In this document: piece by piece, positions 41,537 through 52,224 of the stretch
Layout of the letters: each line of letters opens with the position of its first letter
How positions within the stretch are numbered: the first letter of the stretch is position 1
Assembly: GCA_963717465.1 (NCBI GenBank)
Contig: OY970340.1
Coordinates: 1,248,001 to 1,312,000 of the forward strand
Reading direction: 5' to 3'
DNA from: Candidatus Bathyarchaeota archaeon
GTDB taxonomy: Archaea > Thermoproteota > Bathyarchaeia > Bathyarchaeales > Bathycorpusculaceae
Length of the DNA stretch: 64,000 nucleotides
Position numbers and translations under genes: made by a program
Notes under the pieces: model-generated
The model's database searches: none
The model's input: the letters and a program-made list of their open reading frames with translations, nothing else
What the model was told of the DNA's origin: nothing

Positions 41537-41570
41537 AATCTAACGTAATCTTCAATCTAACGTACTCTTC
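41537..41570 (+). repeat. 17-bp tandem repeat upstream of the epimerase gene
   Basis: AATCTAACGTAATCTTC / AATCTAACGTACTCTTC. Confidence 0.8.
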
Positions 41571-41608
41571 ATTAGAAATATTAGAGTGAGACTGGGAGAA
41601 GGCATATT

Positions 41609-42619
41609 ATGAAAAATATGAAAATCTTTATGACGGGTGCCAGTGGATTTATTGGCCAACAGGTCGCTAATATTCTGTTGGAAAAGGGTCATGACCTTGT
41701 GTGCTTAACGCACCAGAAGAGCATAGACAATGCCCGCATCAAAACGGTGCAGGGTAACATCTTGGATAAAAACTCCTTGATAGCCATGAAAGGCTGCGAT
41801 GCGGTTATTGCTGCCGCCGCCGTTTACGTGATCGGACCGACAAAACCGGTGCGTCGGACCATGCATGACATCAACGTGACTGGCGCCAAAAACACCTTGG
41901 ATTTAGCCGTAGAATTGGGAATCCCCAAAATAGTCTATGTGTCCTCGATCGTGGTGTTCAATGACACCACGCCCTTCGGCGTCGCGAGTGAAAAAGATTT
42001 GGGAAATTATGCGAAACCGTGTTGGACGCTGTATGGCCAAACCAAACGGGATGCGCATATTTACGCCCAAAAGCTGATCGATGAAAAACACGCCCCGATT
42101 GTGATAGCAATGCCAAGCATGGTATTTGGGGAAGATGATCATTCCGTGACTGATGCTTTTCTCAAGCAAATTGTGCAAGGAACCTTAATGGGACAGATTC
42201 AATTTAAAGTGAGCGAAAATTTTAATTATGTGACAGATGTCGCGCAGGGAATTGTGCTCTGTTTGGAGAAAGGAACCCCTGGCCCGTATATCATCGGGGG
42301 GCCACCCGAAAATAATTTAAATCCCAGTACGTTTCTGGAAAAATGTGCGCAAGCGGGGGGATATCAACTACCAAAGCGAAGCTTCTCAGTGCGCGCGTTA
42401 AGCATATTTGAGAAATTCTATCGATTGCGGGGGGCCATCACAGGCAAGTATGAGACTGTCAATGCCGAATTGATCAAAATGAATTATTCTAACCTCCAAG
42501 TATCCAACGCCAAGGCGGTTCGGGAATTAGGATATCAACCCCGCCCCATCGAAGAGGGCATTCAGCGCACTATGGCGTGGTACAAGCAAAAATATGACAA
42601 ACGAGTGGCGGAATCGTAA
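41609..42619 (+). CDS. NAD-dependent epimerase/dehydratase (HpnA/DFR-like extended SDR)
   Basis: TGASGFIG, YVSS, YGQTK, KAVRELGYQPR; visibly higher GC than its flanks. Confidence 0.88.
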   Translation: MKNMKIFMTGASGFIGQQVANILLEKGHDLVCLTHQKSIDNARIKTVQGNILDKNSLIAMKGCDAVIAAAAVYVIGPTKPVRRTMHDINVTGAKNTLDLAVELGIPKIVYVSSIVVFNDTTPFGVASEKDLGNYAKPCWTLYGQTKRDAHIYAQKLIDEKHAPIVIAMPSMVFGEDDHSVTDAFLKQIVQGTLMGQIQFKVSENFNYVTDVAQGIVLCLEKGTPGPYIIGGPPENNLNPSTFLEKCAQAGGYQLPKRSFSVRALSIFEKFYRLRGAITGKYETVNAELIKMNYSNLQVSNAKAVRELGYQPRPIEEGIQRTMAWYKQKYDKRVAES

Positions 42620-42735
42620 TTTTTTTCTATAACTTTTTTTAACTCTTTGTCCAATTATTATATGAGTTAACTGGTACCTATGCTTGATTAAGAGAAAAGC
42701 TAAATTAACCTGCAAACAGAAAAATCCTTGATGAT

Positions 42736-43230
42736 ATGCCCACAAAAAATCGTAGGTACAGCCTAAAAGGCAAGGAATCAAAACAGGTTCTAAGTGAGCT
42801 TTCAAGTAAACTAAAAATTGATTTAGATACAAAAGATAATGTTGAAGTTGTCGAAGCTGAAGTTGGCACGATTTACCTGTTAAATGGCAAACCATGCTTT
42901 TTCAAAATAGAAAATGAGGAAGCTTTGCCTACCTTAACATGCAAAGAATTCTCAGACAAGGCACCTAAAATCGTCGTTGATATGGGCGCTGTTCCATATG
43001 TTTGCAAGGGAGCGGATGTTATGGCTCCAGGTATCGTGCGCTATGAAGGTAGCTTCTCTAAGGGTGATGTCGTGCTTGTTGTTGATGTAAAGTATGGTAA
43101 ACATCTAGCATTAGGTGAAAGTCTATTCAACTCGGAAGAAGCTAAGAGCATTAAAAAAGGGGCCATTCTTAAAACTAAGCATTATGTTGGCGACAAAATT
43201 TGGAATTTCTCTAAAGCATTTTACGAGTAA
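42736..43230 (+). CDS. DUF1947/PUA RNA-binding protein
   Basis: VVDMGAVPYVCKGADVMAPGI, HYVGDKIW. Confidence 0.9.
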   Translation: MPTKNRRYSLKGKESKQVLSELSSKLKIDLDTKDNVEVVEAEVGTIYLLNGKPCFFKIENEEALPTLTCKEFSDKAPKIVVDMGAVPYVCKGADVMAPGIVRYEGSFSKGDVVLVVDVKYGKHLALGESLFNSEEAKSIKKGAILKTKHYVGDKIWNFSKAFYE

Positions 43231-43283
43231 TTTTCGAAAATAACATATATTCAATAGTATTTTAATGATTATTGGAGTATTTC

Positions 43284-43904
43284 ATGTCAGCGCTAAACAA
43301 GATCGCCTTCTACCAGAATAGGCGTGATGATGTTCCTAACCAGCAGCTTGCCAAAGAACTTGCGCAAACAGAAAACAAATCAGGCATAGCTGAACTCGCC
43401 AGTAACCTGCAAAACAAGAACAAGAACGTCCAAAGCGATTGCCTCAAGGTTCTGTACGAAATCGGCTACCTTAAACCTGAACTTATCGCTGATTGTGTAT
43501 CTGATTTTTTAGGATTACTTAAGAGTAAGAATAACCGTTTGGTGTGGGGCTCCATGATTGCACTTGCAACAATCGCAGACAAAAAACCAAAAGAAATTTA
43601 CGATAACCTTGAAGATGTTATATCGCATAGTAGATAAGGGACACTTATCACTGTAGTGTGGGGCGTAAAAGCCTTAGCCAAAGTTGCAGCTGCAGACAAA
43701 ACTTACAAACAAAAAATTTTTCCGTTCTTACTCAAACAGCTTAAAAATTGTATTCCACGTGATTTACCTGTTCACGTTGAAAGTATCTTGCCTGCCATTG
43801 ATGACCAAAATAAACAGGAAGTTCTCCGCATCATCGAGGCAAGAAAATCAGAAATGACATCCTCGCAACTTGCAAGGCTAAAGAAGGTTACAAAGAAGAT
43901 TTAG
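43284..43904 (+). CDS. HEAT-repeat-like hypothetical protein (frameshift near 43630)
   Basis: RRDDVPNQQLAKELA, DCLKVLYEIG, NNRLVWG; helical repeats. Confidence 0.7.
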
Positions 43905-43906
43905 CC

Positions 43907-44460
43907 TTATTTCTTTGGTTTTTTGTTTTCATCGATTGCTTTCTTGCACAATGCTTTATCGATAATTCTTACGTCTAAGCTGTGTTTTCCTGCGGTTTTT
44001 CTAAGTGCCATTAGAAGTTTTTGATAGTTTGCAGTGGATAACAGGTTAGGCGGCGGGTTACCAAGCAGCGGCTTCCATACTGCTACATCAAGAATGCCGT
44101 ACTGTTTAGGATCAAAAAACGCCAAAATAACACTGGCTAGCACTGGGCTGACTCCTTCAAGCGTTAAGAGGCAGTTCATTCGATAAGCATCATCCGCAGA
44201 TGGCAAATTGAAAACTTTGCTTGAAACGCCTTCCACATTGGCAGGATGTCATTTCGGGCAACCAACTCCAAAGCTCGCTTTTTCTTTTCAGGTTCATCCC
44301 AAAACTTCCATTCAACCACCAAAGCCAAATCATCCAATGTCAAAATCTTGTTTTTGCGAAACCTGGCACCCAGCTCCTGCTCCCTATTCAGTCGCCAACC
44401 CATACTTTTATCGTATTTGCGACTCCAAAGAACAAAATCAGACTTATCCAAAGAAACCAA
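43907..44460 (-). CDS. Helix-hairpin-helix protein, HhH glycosylase-like (frameshift near 44250)
   Basis: LVVEWK, LLTLEGVSPVLASVIL, YGILDVAVW. Confidence 0.65.
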
Positions 44461-44558
44461 CCTTTAAACATGCACGCAAACAAGATAAAGTTTGCATTTT
44501 TTCTTAATCCAAAAAGTCAATCAAAGTTTAAAAATCAAAAATATGGGAATAAGAGGTT

Positions 44559-44683
44559 TTAGTCTTGGTCTACTAAGTGAACTGTTCCGTCTGGACAGTA
44601 GACTTTCTCATCCTTGCCTACACGCCTGTAGCGTTCGTTGCAAAGCGTAATTGGGTGCAACCGTCGCAGTCTCGACTTAGCAT
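44559..44683 (-). CDS. Small Cys-rich protein, about 41 aa (one-base frameshift)
   Basis: GGAGG SD, then MLSRDCDGCTQLR / CNERYRRVGKDEKVYCPDGTVHLVDQD. Confidence 0.5.
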
Positions 44684-44918
44684 TTATTCGCCTCCTTGGG
44701 GCATAAGAGATTGCATGCAGAATAACTAATAAGCTTATGTAACATGCACATATACACAAGCATATTTACAATTAAAAACCATGCGAACTGCACGTTTTTA
44801 GGACATGATTATAGTCAGATAAACTTTTGATATGGGTCTAAGATTGCGTTAATGAGTTATTGCATAATTTGTTTAAAACAAGCAGTTGTAGCTAACTTGT
44901 AAGACGCTTAATTCGTTA

Positions 44919-45458
44919 TTAAACAGTCAAAGGCTGATGCTCTAAACGTATTTTCATCCACGTGTACAGAGGTTTACCCATAACGTCCCTTATTTGTTCA
45001 GCAACCTTAAACGGGGACTGAATGAACAATAGCTTGGTTGTATTTTCGCTCTTAGAATGCACTATTACGTTTCCATAGCGAAAAATTCTTCCGCCTAATG
45101 ATTGGTGGACTTCCAAGTCAGAGAATCCGTTAGGCGTGATTACAAAGGAATGCAATGTTATAAGCCCATGCTTAGCTTCCAAGCTGTCTCTTCGCAGAAA
45201 ATAATGGTTTGATAACCATAAAAAAACCAGATGTAAAAGGGAAATTAACCAAGCAACCATAAGCACGATAATAGTCCACGCATAAACTGGCACGCCGATT
45301 AAATTGATGAATGCTACCTGAAAAAACAGTTCAAACCAATAAAACAAGACTATTACAACAAGAAAGGTAATTGAACGCACAATCGTAGATGGCACAATAT
45401 AGGGTTTACCTAACCAAATAACCATCTCAGAAGACAAAAGAGGCTTAGTAGTTGGCAA
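44919..45458 (-). CDS. Membrane protein with a bacterial PH domain
   Basis: Two TMs, then QSLGGRIFRYGNVIV. Confidence 0.75.
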   Translation of the reverse strand: MPTTKPLLSSEMVIWLGKPYIVPSTIVRSITFLVVIVLFYWFELFFQVAFINLIGVPVYAWTIIVLMVAWLISLLHLVFLWLSNHYFLRRDSLEAKHGLITLHSFVITPNGFSDLEVHQSLGGRIFRYGNVIVHSKSENTTKLLFIQSPFKVAEQIRDVMGKPLYTWMKIRLEHQPLTV

Positions 45459-45668
45459 AAAAAGCGCCTAAAGAAAAGTAACTTGAAAATAATATTTAGC
45501 GTTTTCCTTTACAGTTTCTATTTCCAGCTGAAATCCTTCCTTAATGAGGAAGGCTGAACGCCTAGAGCCTCAAAAAATCGCATCTGATTGGTTTGACTTA
45601 AAATTCATTTTTCCTTGATTACTACTTCCATTCACCCTACCATACAACTAACCATTAAGCAGCAAAGC

Positions 45669-46391
45669 CTAAGATGCTAATAACAATTTTTGCCAATAAG
45701 TGGAACTAATGTGCGACCAAAAGGCCCTGTACAATGTTTTAGTTAGCGAGTGTTTTTCCGTTTTTTCGGGTTTGCAATTAGGCCAGCATTTTTGGCAGTA
45801 AATTGGTTTGTCGGCTTTTGGCTGAAATGGTACTTGGCATTCAATTCCGCAATTACTGCATACTGCAGTGTAGACTGGTTCCTTATGAAATCGCTTAAAT
45901 AATTGATACTTTTTTAGCTTTGGCCACCCTGTCTTTGCATACACAAGCATCTCTGGATTGTCTTTCAGCCAATGCATCATGTGGAAGAAGCTTTTTCCTC
46001 GTTTTTCTTCTCGTTCAATCAATGGTTCGTAGCCTAAATTGCGTATTTCATCTAAATAGGCGATTTCGGTTAGTCTTTGGGCTTCGCCGACAACTCTGAT
46101 CCGTTTAACTCGGTCTTCGCCGTAAACTTTTCTGAGCTCTTCAGCTGCCACGTCAAAAATGCATCCTTGGCAAATATGTATTGCCTCATCTGGCTGCAAA
46201 TTAAACAAGGAGACAAGCTTTGAGACGATACGCGAAGATTCTTGTAAGTACTCTTTTTCTCGGAATATTTCTTGGTAAAATCGAACATTGATCAAGTCGT
46301 ACTTAAATTCGCCTGTTTCTTCTCGATAAGCGCCCACTACCACTCCCCAAAGCAAGTCACCGCTGCCTGCATCATCGACTATAACCGTCAA
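45669..46391 (-). CDS. RNase HII-like fold protein with a C-terminal CxxC-x17-CxxC zinc domain
   Basis: IVDDAGSGDLLWGVVVG; AVCSNCGIECQVPFQPKADKPIYCQKC. Confidence 0.65.
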   Translation of the reverse strand: MTVIVDDAGSGDLLWGVVVGAYREETGEFKYDLINVRFYQEIFREKEYLQESSRIVSKLVSLFNLQPDEAIHICQGCIFDVAAEELRKVYGEDRVKRIRVVGEAQRLTEIAYLDEIRNLGYEPLIEREEKRGKSFFHMMHWLKDNPEMLVYAKTGWPKLKKYQLFKRFHKEPVYTAVCSNCGIECQVPFQPKADKPIYCQKCWPNCKPEKTEKHSLTKTLYRAFWSHISSTYWQKLLLAS

Positions 46392-46625
46392 CTACTAAAT
46401 TCCCCTCTATGTCAGCCAACCAATTTAAGTACATGTATAAAAATAGTTCCACTGAAAAGAAACAAAAACACCATTAAATCTCACAAACAAGTATTCTCAG
46501 TATTCTGTAATCTTGAATAATAATATACAATTAAATAAAGTAGTTTATCCTAAGGCCCAGACAAATCATCTGTTTTTGCCCGATTTCTTCGGGCAAAGTT
46601 TATTTCTGATAAAAACAATGGCATT

Positions 46626-47374
46626 ATGTTTATGAATATATTAGAAACTGAGAACTTGTCAGTTAAAGTTGAGAATAAGCTGATCTTAAAAGACGTGAAT
46701 TTCAGCTTGAAAGCTGGCGTTAGTCACATTCTTTTTGGACCTAACGGTTCAGGGAAAACAACGCTTATCAGTACGCTTATGGGGCTTCCAGGATACGAGG
46801 TTGTTTCGGGAAAAATACTTTTCACTGGCATAGATATAACCAGCAAAAGCTGTTGAAGAAAGAGCAAAACTGGGTATGGTTGTAAGTTTCCAGAATCCTC
46901 CAGAAATAACTGGTGTAAAGCTTGGTGACCTGCTTAAGCTTTGTTTGGGTAAATCTTCAACTGATGAATTCAACTATGGAAGAGAAGAGAATGATTGATA
47001 TTTTTAGGCTTAACGACTTTTTGGGTAGAGACATAAATGTTGGTTTTTCTGGAGGAGAGCGGAAACGCAGTGAGATACTTCAACTTATTTTCCTTAAACC
47101 AAAACTTATGCTTCTTGATGAACCTGACAGTGGCGTAGATGTTGAGAGTCTTAAGCTTATTGCATCGGAAATTCAACGCTATGTGGAAGGCTCAAAGAGT
47201 TCAGCGTTGATTATTACGCATAAAGGCGATATTCTGGAATATGTGAAAGCTGAGTATGGCTGCATTTTGCTTGATGGCCAATTCTACTGCTACAAAGACC
47301 CAAGCGGAATATACAATGATATTAAAAAACAGGGCTACGAGGGATGTGTAGCCTGTCGACACAGGGTGATATAA
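46626..47374 (+). CDS. sufC: Fe-S assembly ATPase SufC/SmsC (frameshifted)
   Basis: GPNGSGKT, FSGGERKR, LDEPDSGVD, C-terminal GYEGCVAC. Confidence 0.88.
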
Positions 47375-48507
47375 TGAGTAAGGAAAACGAATTAACCCAA
47401 ATTCCTCATAGGATTCTTGAAGAAGCACAGAAAGCCGGGATAGAATCTGAGGAGAAAAATCGTTCCGGAACCTTTTTCCACTTAAACCAGGAAACCATTG
47501 CATCAAAGGTTAACGAGCTGTATGAAGGCAAAATTGAACTGATGGATGTCAAAGCTGCACTGCGAAAATATTCTTGGCTTGAAGGTCACATGTGGAAATT
47601 AGTCGACAAAAACAAGGATGAATTCACTAAAAAAGTAGCTGAAGACTACAGCGGTGGCTACTTCATGCGTATTCTTCCAGGAGCTGAAATAGCTTTTCCA
47701 CTTCAGTCATGTTTAATGATAACTCAGAGTAACTTGGAGCAGCGTATTCATAATATTATCATTGCTGAAGAAGACTCAAAAGCACATATAATTACAAGTT
47801 GCGTTCAGCATTCCACTGTTCCAAACGCATCCCATCTGGGCATTTCAGAGATTTTCGTTAAGAAAAACGCAATGCTCAACTTCACGATGATTCATCAATG
47901 GAGCGAGAACACACTAGTACGCCCCAGAAGTGCTGCTATAGTGGAGGATAAGGCGACCTTTGTTTCAAACTATGTCTGTATGCGTCCAGTTAGAGATGTG
48001 CAAATGTACCCTGCAGCTTACTGTGTAGGTGAAGACTCTCGAGTGAGCTTTAACAGTATACTTTATGGACAAAAAAACAGTCAACTCGATATTGGCTCCA
48101 AGGCAGTGCTCACAGGCAAAGGCAGCAAAGCAGAAATGATAAGCCGTGCCATCGCACGCGAAGGCTCCAAAATGATTATTCGAGGCTTGATCGATGGCGA
48201 CAATGCGGATTGCAAAGGACATTTAGAATGCCGCGGCTTGCTTATGGATGACAAGTCGCTAATGCAGTCAATTCCAGAGCTTATCGCTAAGAAAAAAGGC
48301 GTAGAAATTACACATGAAGCGGCGGTTGGCAAGATTAGCGAGAAAGAAATTATCTACCTGATGACACGAAAACTATCGCGGGACCAAGCAGTTTCACTGA
48401 TTATTCGAGGCTTCATGGACGTAGGAATTTTAGGTTTACCCGAGGCATTAAATAAAGAAATCAAAACAATAATTGACGAGCTCCACAGAAACTTCTATAA
48501 CAATTAA
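47374..48507 (+). CDS. sufB: Fe-S scaffold SufB/SmsB
   Basis: PLQSCL, GHLECRGL, THEAAVGKI, YLMTR. Confidence 0.9.
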   Translation: MSKENELTQIPHRILEEAQKAGIESEEKNRSGTFFHLNQETIASKVNELYEGKIELMDVKAALRKYSWLEGHMWKLVDKNKDEFTKKVAEDYSGGYFMRILPGAEIAFPLQSCLMITQSNLEQRIHNIIIAEEDSKAHIITSCVQHSTVPNASHLGISEIFVKKNAMLNFTMIHQWSENTLVRPRSAAIVEDKATFVSNYVCMRPVRDVQMYPAAYCVGEDSRVSFNSILYGQKNSQLDIGSKAVLTGKGSKAEMISRAIAREGSKMIIRGLIDGDNADCKGHLECRGLLMDDKSLMQSIPELIAKKKGVEITHEAAVGKISEKEIIYLMTRKLSRDQAVSLIIRGFMDVGILGLPEALNKEIKTIIDELHRNFYNN

Positions 48508-48559
48508 AAGATCAAGAAAGGATGTACAGCCTTTTAATCTTAGTTTCTGGTACGATTCA

Positions 48560-48780
48560 CAAAAGAAAGGAACAACTTAAGCGAAGATTCAGAGGGCTGA
48601 AATTCCATTTAGAACTTGAAGAGTTTCAGGCTGCCCTTGAAAAAATTTTTGGTGACGGAGTCCGTTGTAATGAAATTTCGATTACGATAAACATTTTCTA
48701 AAATTGGTCTGTCAATCATGGTTGAAAGTGAAAAAAGCTCTAATTTATACCTATTTGAATGCGCTAGGGAACTTTTTTAG
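48560..48780 (+). pseudogene. Degraded small ORF
   Basis: Fragments EIPF..EEFQAALEKIFGDG with stops and shifts; family not identified. Confidence 0.3.
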
Positions 48781-48896
48781 AAAAAATAGTTTCTTTCGTA
48801 CTATTTGTAAATTCATATCATGAATTCATAAAGGCTTTATCAGTAGACTTAGATTTCAAAGTTAGGAATGTTGAAAGTTAAGGGTGAAAAGGAAGA

Positions 48897-49400
48897 ATGT
48901 CTGAAGTCGCTAAAATACTCTTAATTGATGATGATGAAAATATTACGGAGCGTTCTTGAGACAATACTTACAGATGAGGGGTACAGTGTTAAGCCTGTTG
49001 GAACCGCAAAATTAGGTATAGAGGCAAGTGAAAAAGCCTTTTTCAATTTAGCGTTAATCGATGTTCGTTTGCCTGACATGGAAGGAATAGAACTTCTTTC
49101 AAAGCTGCGTAAAACTAAACCTAAGATGCGAAAAATTATTGTTACTGGTTACCCGACTCTTCAAAACGCTGTTGAAGCTGTAAACAAAGGTGCTGATGCC
49201 TACGTTATGAAGCCGTTTGAAGTTGAAAAAATTCTCGTAACCATAAAAGAACAATTGGCAAAGCAACAGGAAGAAAAGAAGTACAGCGAAGCAAAACGTC
49301 GTTGAATTTATTGAAACGCGAATTAAAGAGTTAGAGACAACTGGACGGCCAGTCTGCCAGCTAAAAGGTGAAATTAAAACCAAAAAACTTGCAATAATTT
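48897..49400 (+). CDS. Response regulator receiver protein (frameshifted, end approximate)
   Basis: MSEVAKILLIDDDENI, LIDVRLPDMEG, VTGYP, YVMKP. Confidence 0.85.
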
Positions 49401-49566
49401 TCTATTTTTTGAGTTAAAGAATTTTTACGTTTTAGATATATATCTTTTTTTCCAAACAAAGACTGCTTGCTAGTTTTTTTATTTCTTAAATTTTGTTTAT
49501 TCTCTCCGTTAAAATTTTTTGTCTTGAACGCATATTTTTAAGATTTATGTATAAACAGCTTATTAA

Positions 49567-49614
49567 GCTCTAAATGTAGTGTGTTTACTTGCTTGTCGGC
49601 ACTATAAACAAAAC
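49567..49614 (+). promoter_or_regulatory. Tandem NrdR boxes
   Basis: GCTCTAAATGTAGTGT 49567-49582 (12/16 to ACACWATATATWGTGT) and GCACTATAAACAAAAC 49599-49614; 32-bp period; directly after TATA-like TTATTAA. Confidence 0.7.
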
Positions 49615-49635
49615 TGAAGCGTGGGTTGTTAAGGC

Positions 49636-50082
49636 ATGAAATGTCCCTATTGTGGCTCTGAAAATTTCAAAACGTTGGAGACACGCGATTCCCCAGAGAA
49701 CACTACGCGTAGACGGAAAGAGTGCATCAGTTGCAGTAAGCGCTTTACAACTTACGAGTACTTGGAAACTATAGAGTTTATGGTGAAAAAGAAAGATGGT
49801 AAGCTTGAGCGTTTTGACGTTAACAAGATAATTCGAGGTCTACAAAAAGCGTGTGAAAAAAGACCTGTAACTATGAATCAAATCAACGAGTTAGCAGCCC
49901 TTGTGCGGCAAGACCTCATGATTAAAGGTGCAGAAGAAGTTGCGTCTCAAGAAATCGGGGATTTAGTAATGAAATACCTTAAAAAAATTGATAGAATAGC
50001 GTACATCCGATTTGCCTCAGTTTATAAAGAATTTGAGGAGCCTGAAGATTTCAGGCGGTTATTGCTTGAGGTGAAAAAATGA
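49636..50082 (+). CDS. nrdR: Transcriptional repressor NrdR
   Basis: MKCPYC, RRRKEC..CSKRFTTYE, ATP cone, AYIRFASVY. Confidence 0.96.
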   Translation: MKCPYCGSENFKTLETRDSPENTTRRRKECISCSKRFTTYEYLETIEFMVKKKDGKLERFDVNKIIRGLQKACEKRPVTMNQINELAALVRQDLMIKGAEEVASQEIGDLVMKYLKKIDRIAYIRFASVYKEFEEPEDFRRLLLEVKK

Positions 50083-52211
50083 AATATGTATTAAAAAGAG
50101 ATAGTAAACTAGAACAATTCGATCAAGAAAGAATTACAACCGCCATTTGGAAAGCGGCTAAAGCCGTTGGCGGAAAAGATAAAGAGCAAGCGAAAAGAAT
50201 AAGCGACGAGGTAGTTGTTGAGCTTCACAAACGCTTCGGCGAAGACGGAGTGCCTACTGTTGAAGAAATTCAAGATATCGTTGAAAAACGGTTAATTGAA
50301 AATGGACATGCACAGACAGCTAAAGCCTACATCCTTTACAGAAAGCAGCATAATGATATGCGTGAGTTAGCTGCACTTTTAAGCTCTGCAGATATGGTGG
50401 ACCAGTACCTTGAGGTCGAGGACTGGCGTGTTAAAGAGAACTCGAACATGAGTTATTCACTTCAGGGTTTAAACAATTATTTATCATCAACTGTTATAGC
50501 GAAATACTGGATATCCCGAATTTACCCATCGAATATTGCTGACGCCCACTTTTCAGGCGACATTCATATCCATGACTTAGGCGTTCTTGGACCATACTGT
50601 GTTGGCTGGGATTTAAGCGACCTACTACTTTCAGGATTCGGCGGCGTCTCGGGAAAAATTGAAAGCAAACCAGCAAAGCATTTCCGCACAGCTTTAGGTC
50701 AAGTTGTGAATTTCTTCTATACGCTGCAAGGTGAAGCTGCAGGCGCTCAAGCATTCAGCAACTTTGACACTTATCTTGCACCATTCATACGGTACGATAA
50801 CTTAAACCAAAAAGAAGTGGAACAGGCACTGCAAGAATTCTTTTTCAACATGAATGTTCCAACAAGAGTTGGTTTTCAAACACCATTCACGAATTTAACT
50901 TTGGATTTAACAGTTCCAGACTTCATGAAGAACGAGGCAGTTCTCTACAACGGTAAACTTGCTCCTGACACGTACGCTGACATGTCTAAAGAGATGGAAA
51001 TGTTCAATTCAGCTTTCGCAGAAGTCATGCTTCAGGGAGATTCTAAAGGCAGAGTCTTCACTTTCCCAATACCCACCTACAATATCACCAAAGATTTTGA
51101 TTGGGATCAAAAGTTGCAAAAGGAATCTTTGAAGTAACAGCCAAGTACGGCGTGCCCTACTTCTCAAACTTCATCAATAGCGACATGAAACCAGAAGATG
51201 TTCGAAGCATGTGTTGCCGCCTTAGAATAGACAACCGTGAACTGCGCAAACGAGGCGGTGGATTCTTCGGCGCTAATCCACTCACAGGCAGCATAGGCGT
51301 AGTTACTCTGAACATTCCAAGAATTGGCTACCTATCAAAGAACGAAGACGAATTCTTCGAACGCCTAGGAAATGTTATGGACGTTGCTAAATCAAGTTTG
51401 GAAATTAAACGTAAGATGCTTGAAGCATTTACCGACAATGGTCTTTACCCCTATTCACGACATTACCTACGCCACATTAAAGAAGGCTATGGAAAATACT
51501 GGAAGAACCACTTCGCAACCATAGGTGTAGTCGGAGTAAACGAAGGCGTCATTAACCTGTTAGGCCAAAATATTGCTACAAAAGAGGGGCAGAACTTTGC
51601 AGTTAAAATGCTCACTTTCATGCGCAATCGCTTATCAGACTATCCAAGGGGAAACAGGAAACATCTACAATCTTGAAGCAACACCCGCAGAGGGGACATC
51701 TTATCGCCTTGCACGCATCGATAAACGCCGATACCCAGCTATAATTATGGCAAACCAAAAACAGGTGATAGCAAATCATGCAGAGCCATTCTACACTAAC
51801 TCTTCACAGTTACCAGTAGATTATAACGGCGACTTGTTTGAAGCATTGGAGCACCAGGAAAGCCTTCAAACACTGTACACGGGAGGAACAGTATTCCATA
51901 TTTTCCTTGGCGAACGACTGCATTCTTGGCAATCAGCTGCTGAATTAATCAAGAAAGTCGCGTATAATTCCCATTTACCATACTTCACGTTAACGCCTAC
52001 ATTCAGTATTTGCCCGACACATGGTTACACAAGCGGTGAACATTCACAATGTCCAATCTGTGGTTCAAAAAGCGAAATCTACTCTCGAGTTGTCGGCTAC
52101 TTAAGACCAGTTGACCAATGGAACGATGGAAAACAAGCAGAATTCTCAATACGCAAAACCTTCGACAAATCAACCATGATGAATACCGTACCTATGCCCA
52201 TTTCAACTTAA
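50079..52211 (+). CDS. nrdD: Class III anaerobic ribonucleotide reductase with ATP cone (frameshifts near 51100 and 51645)
   Basis: VLKRD ATP cone, RSMCCRL, EATPAEG, CPTHG..CPIC, SRVVGYLRP glycyl-radical motif. Confidence 0.95.
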
Positions 52212-52224
52212 GTGAGCCTGAAAA

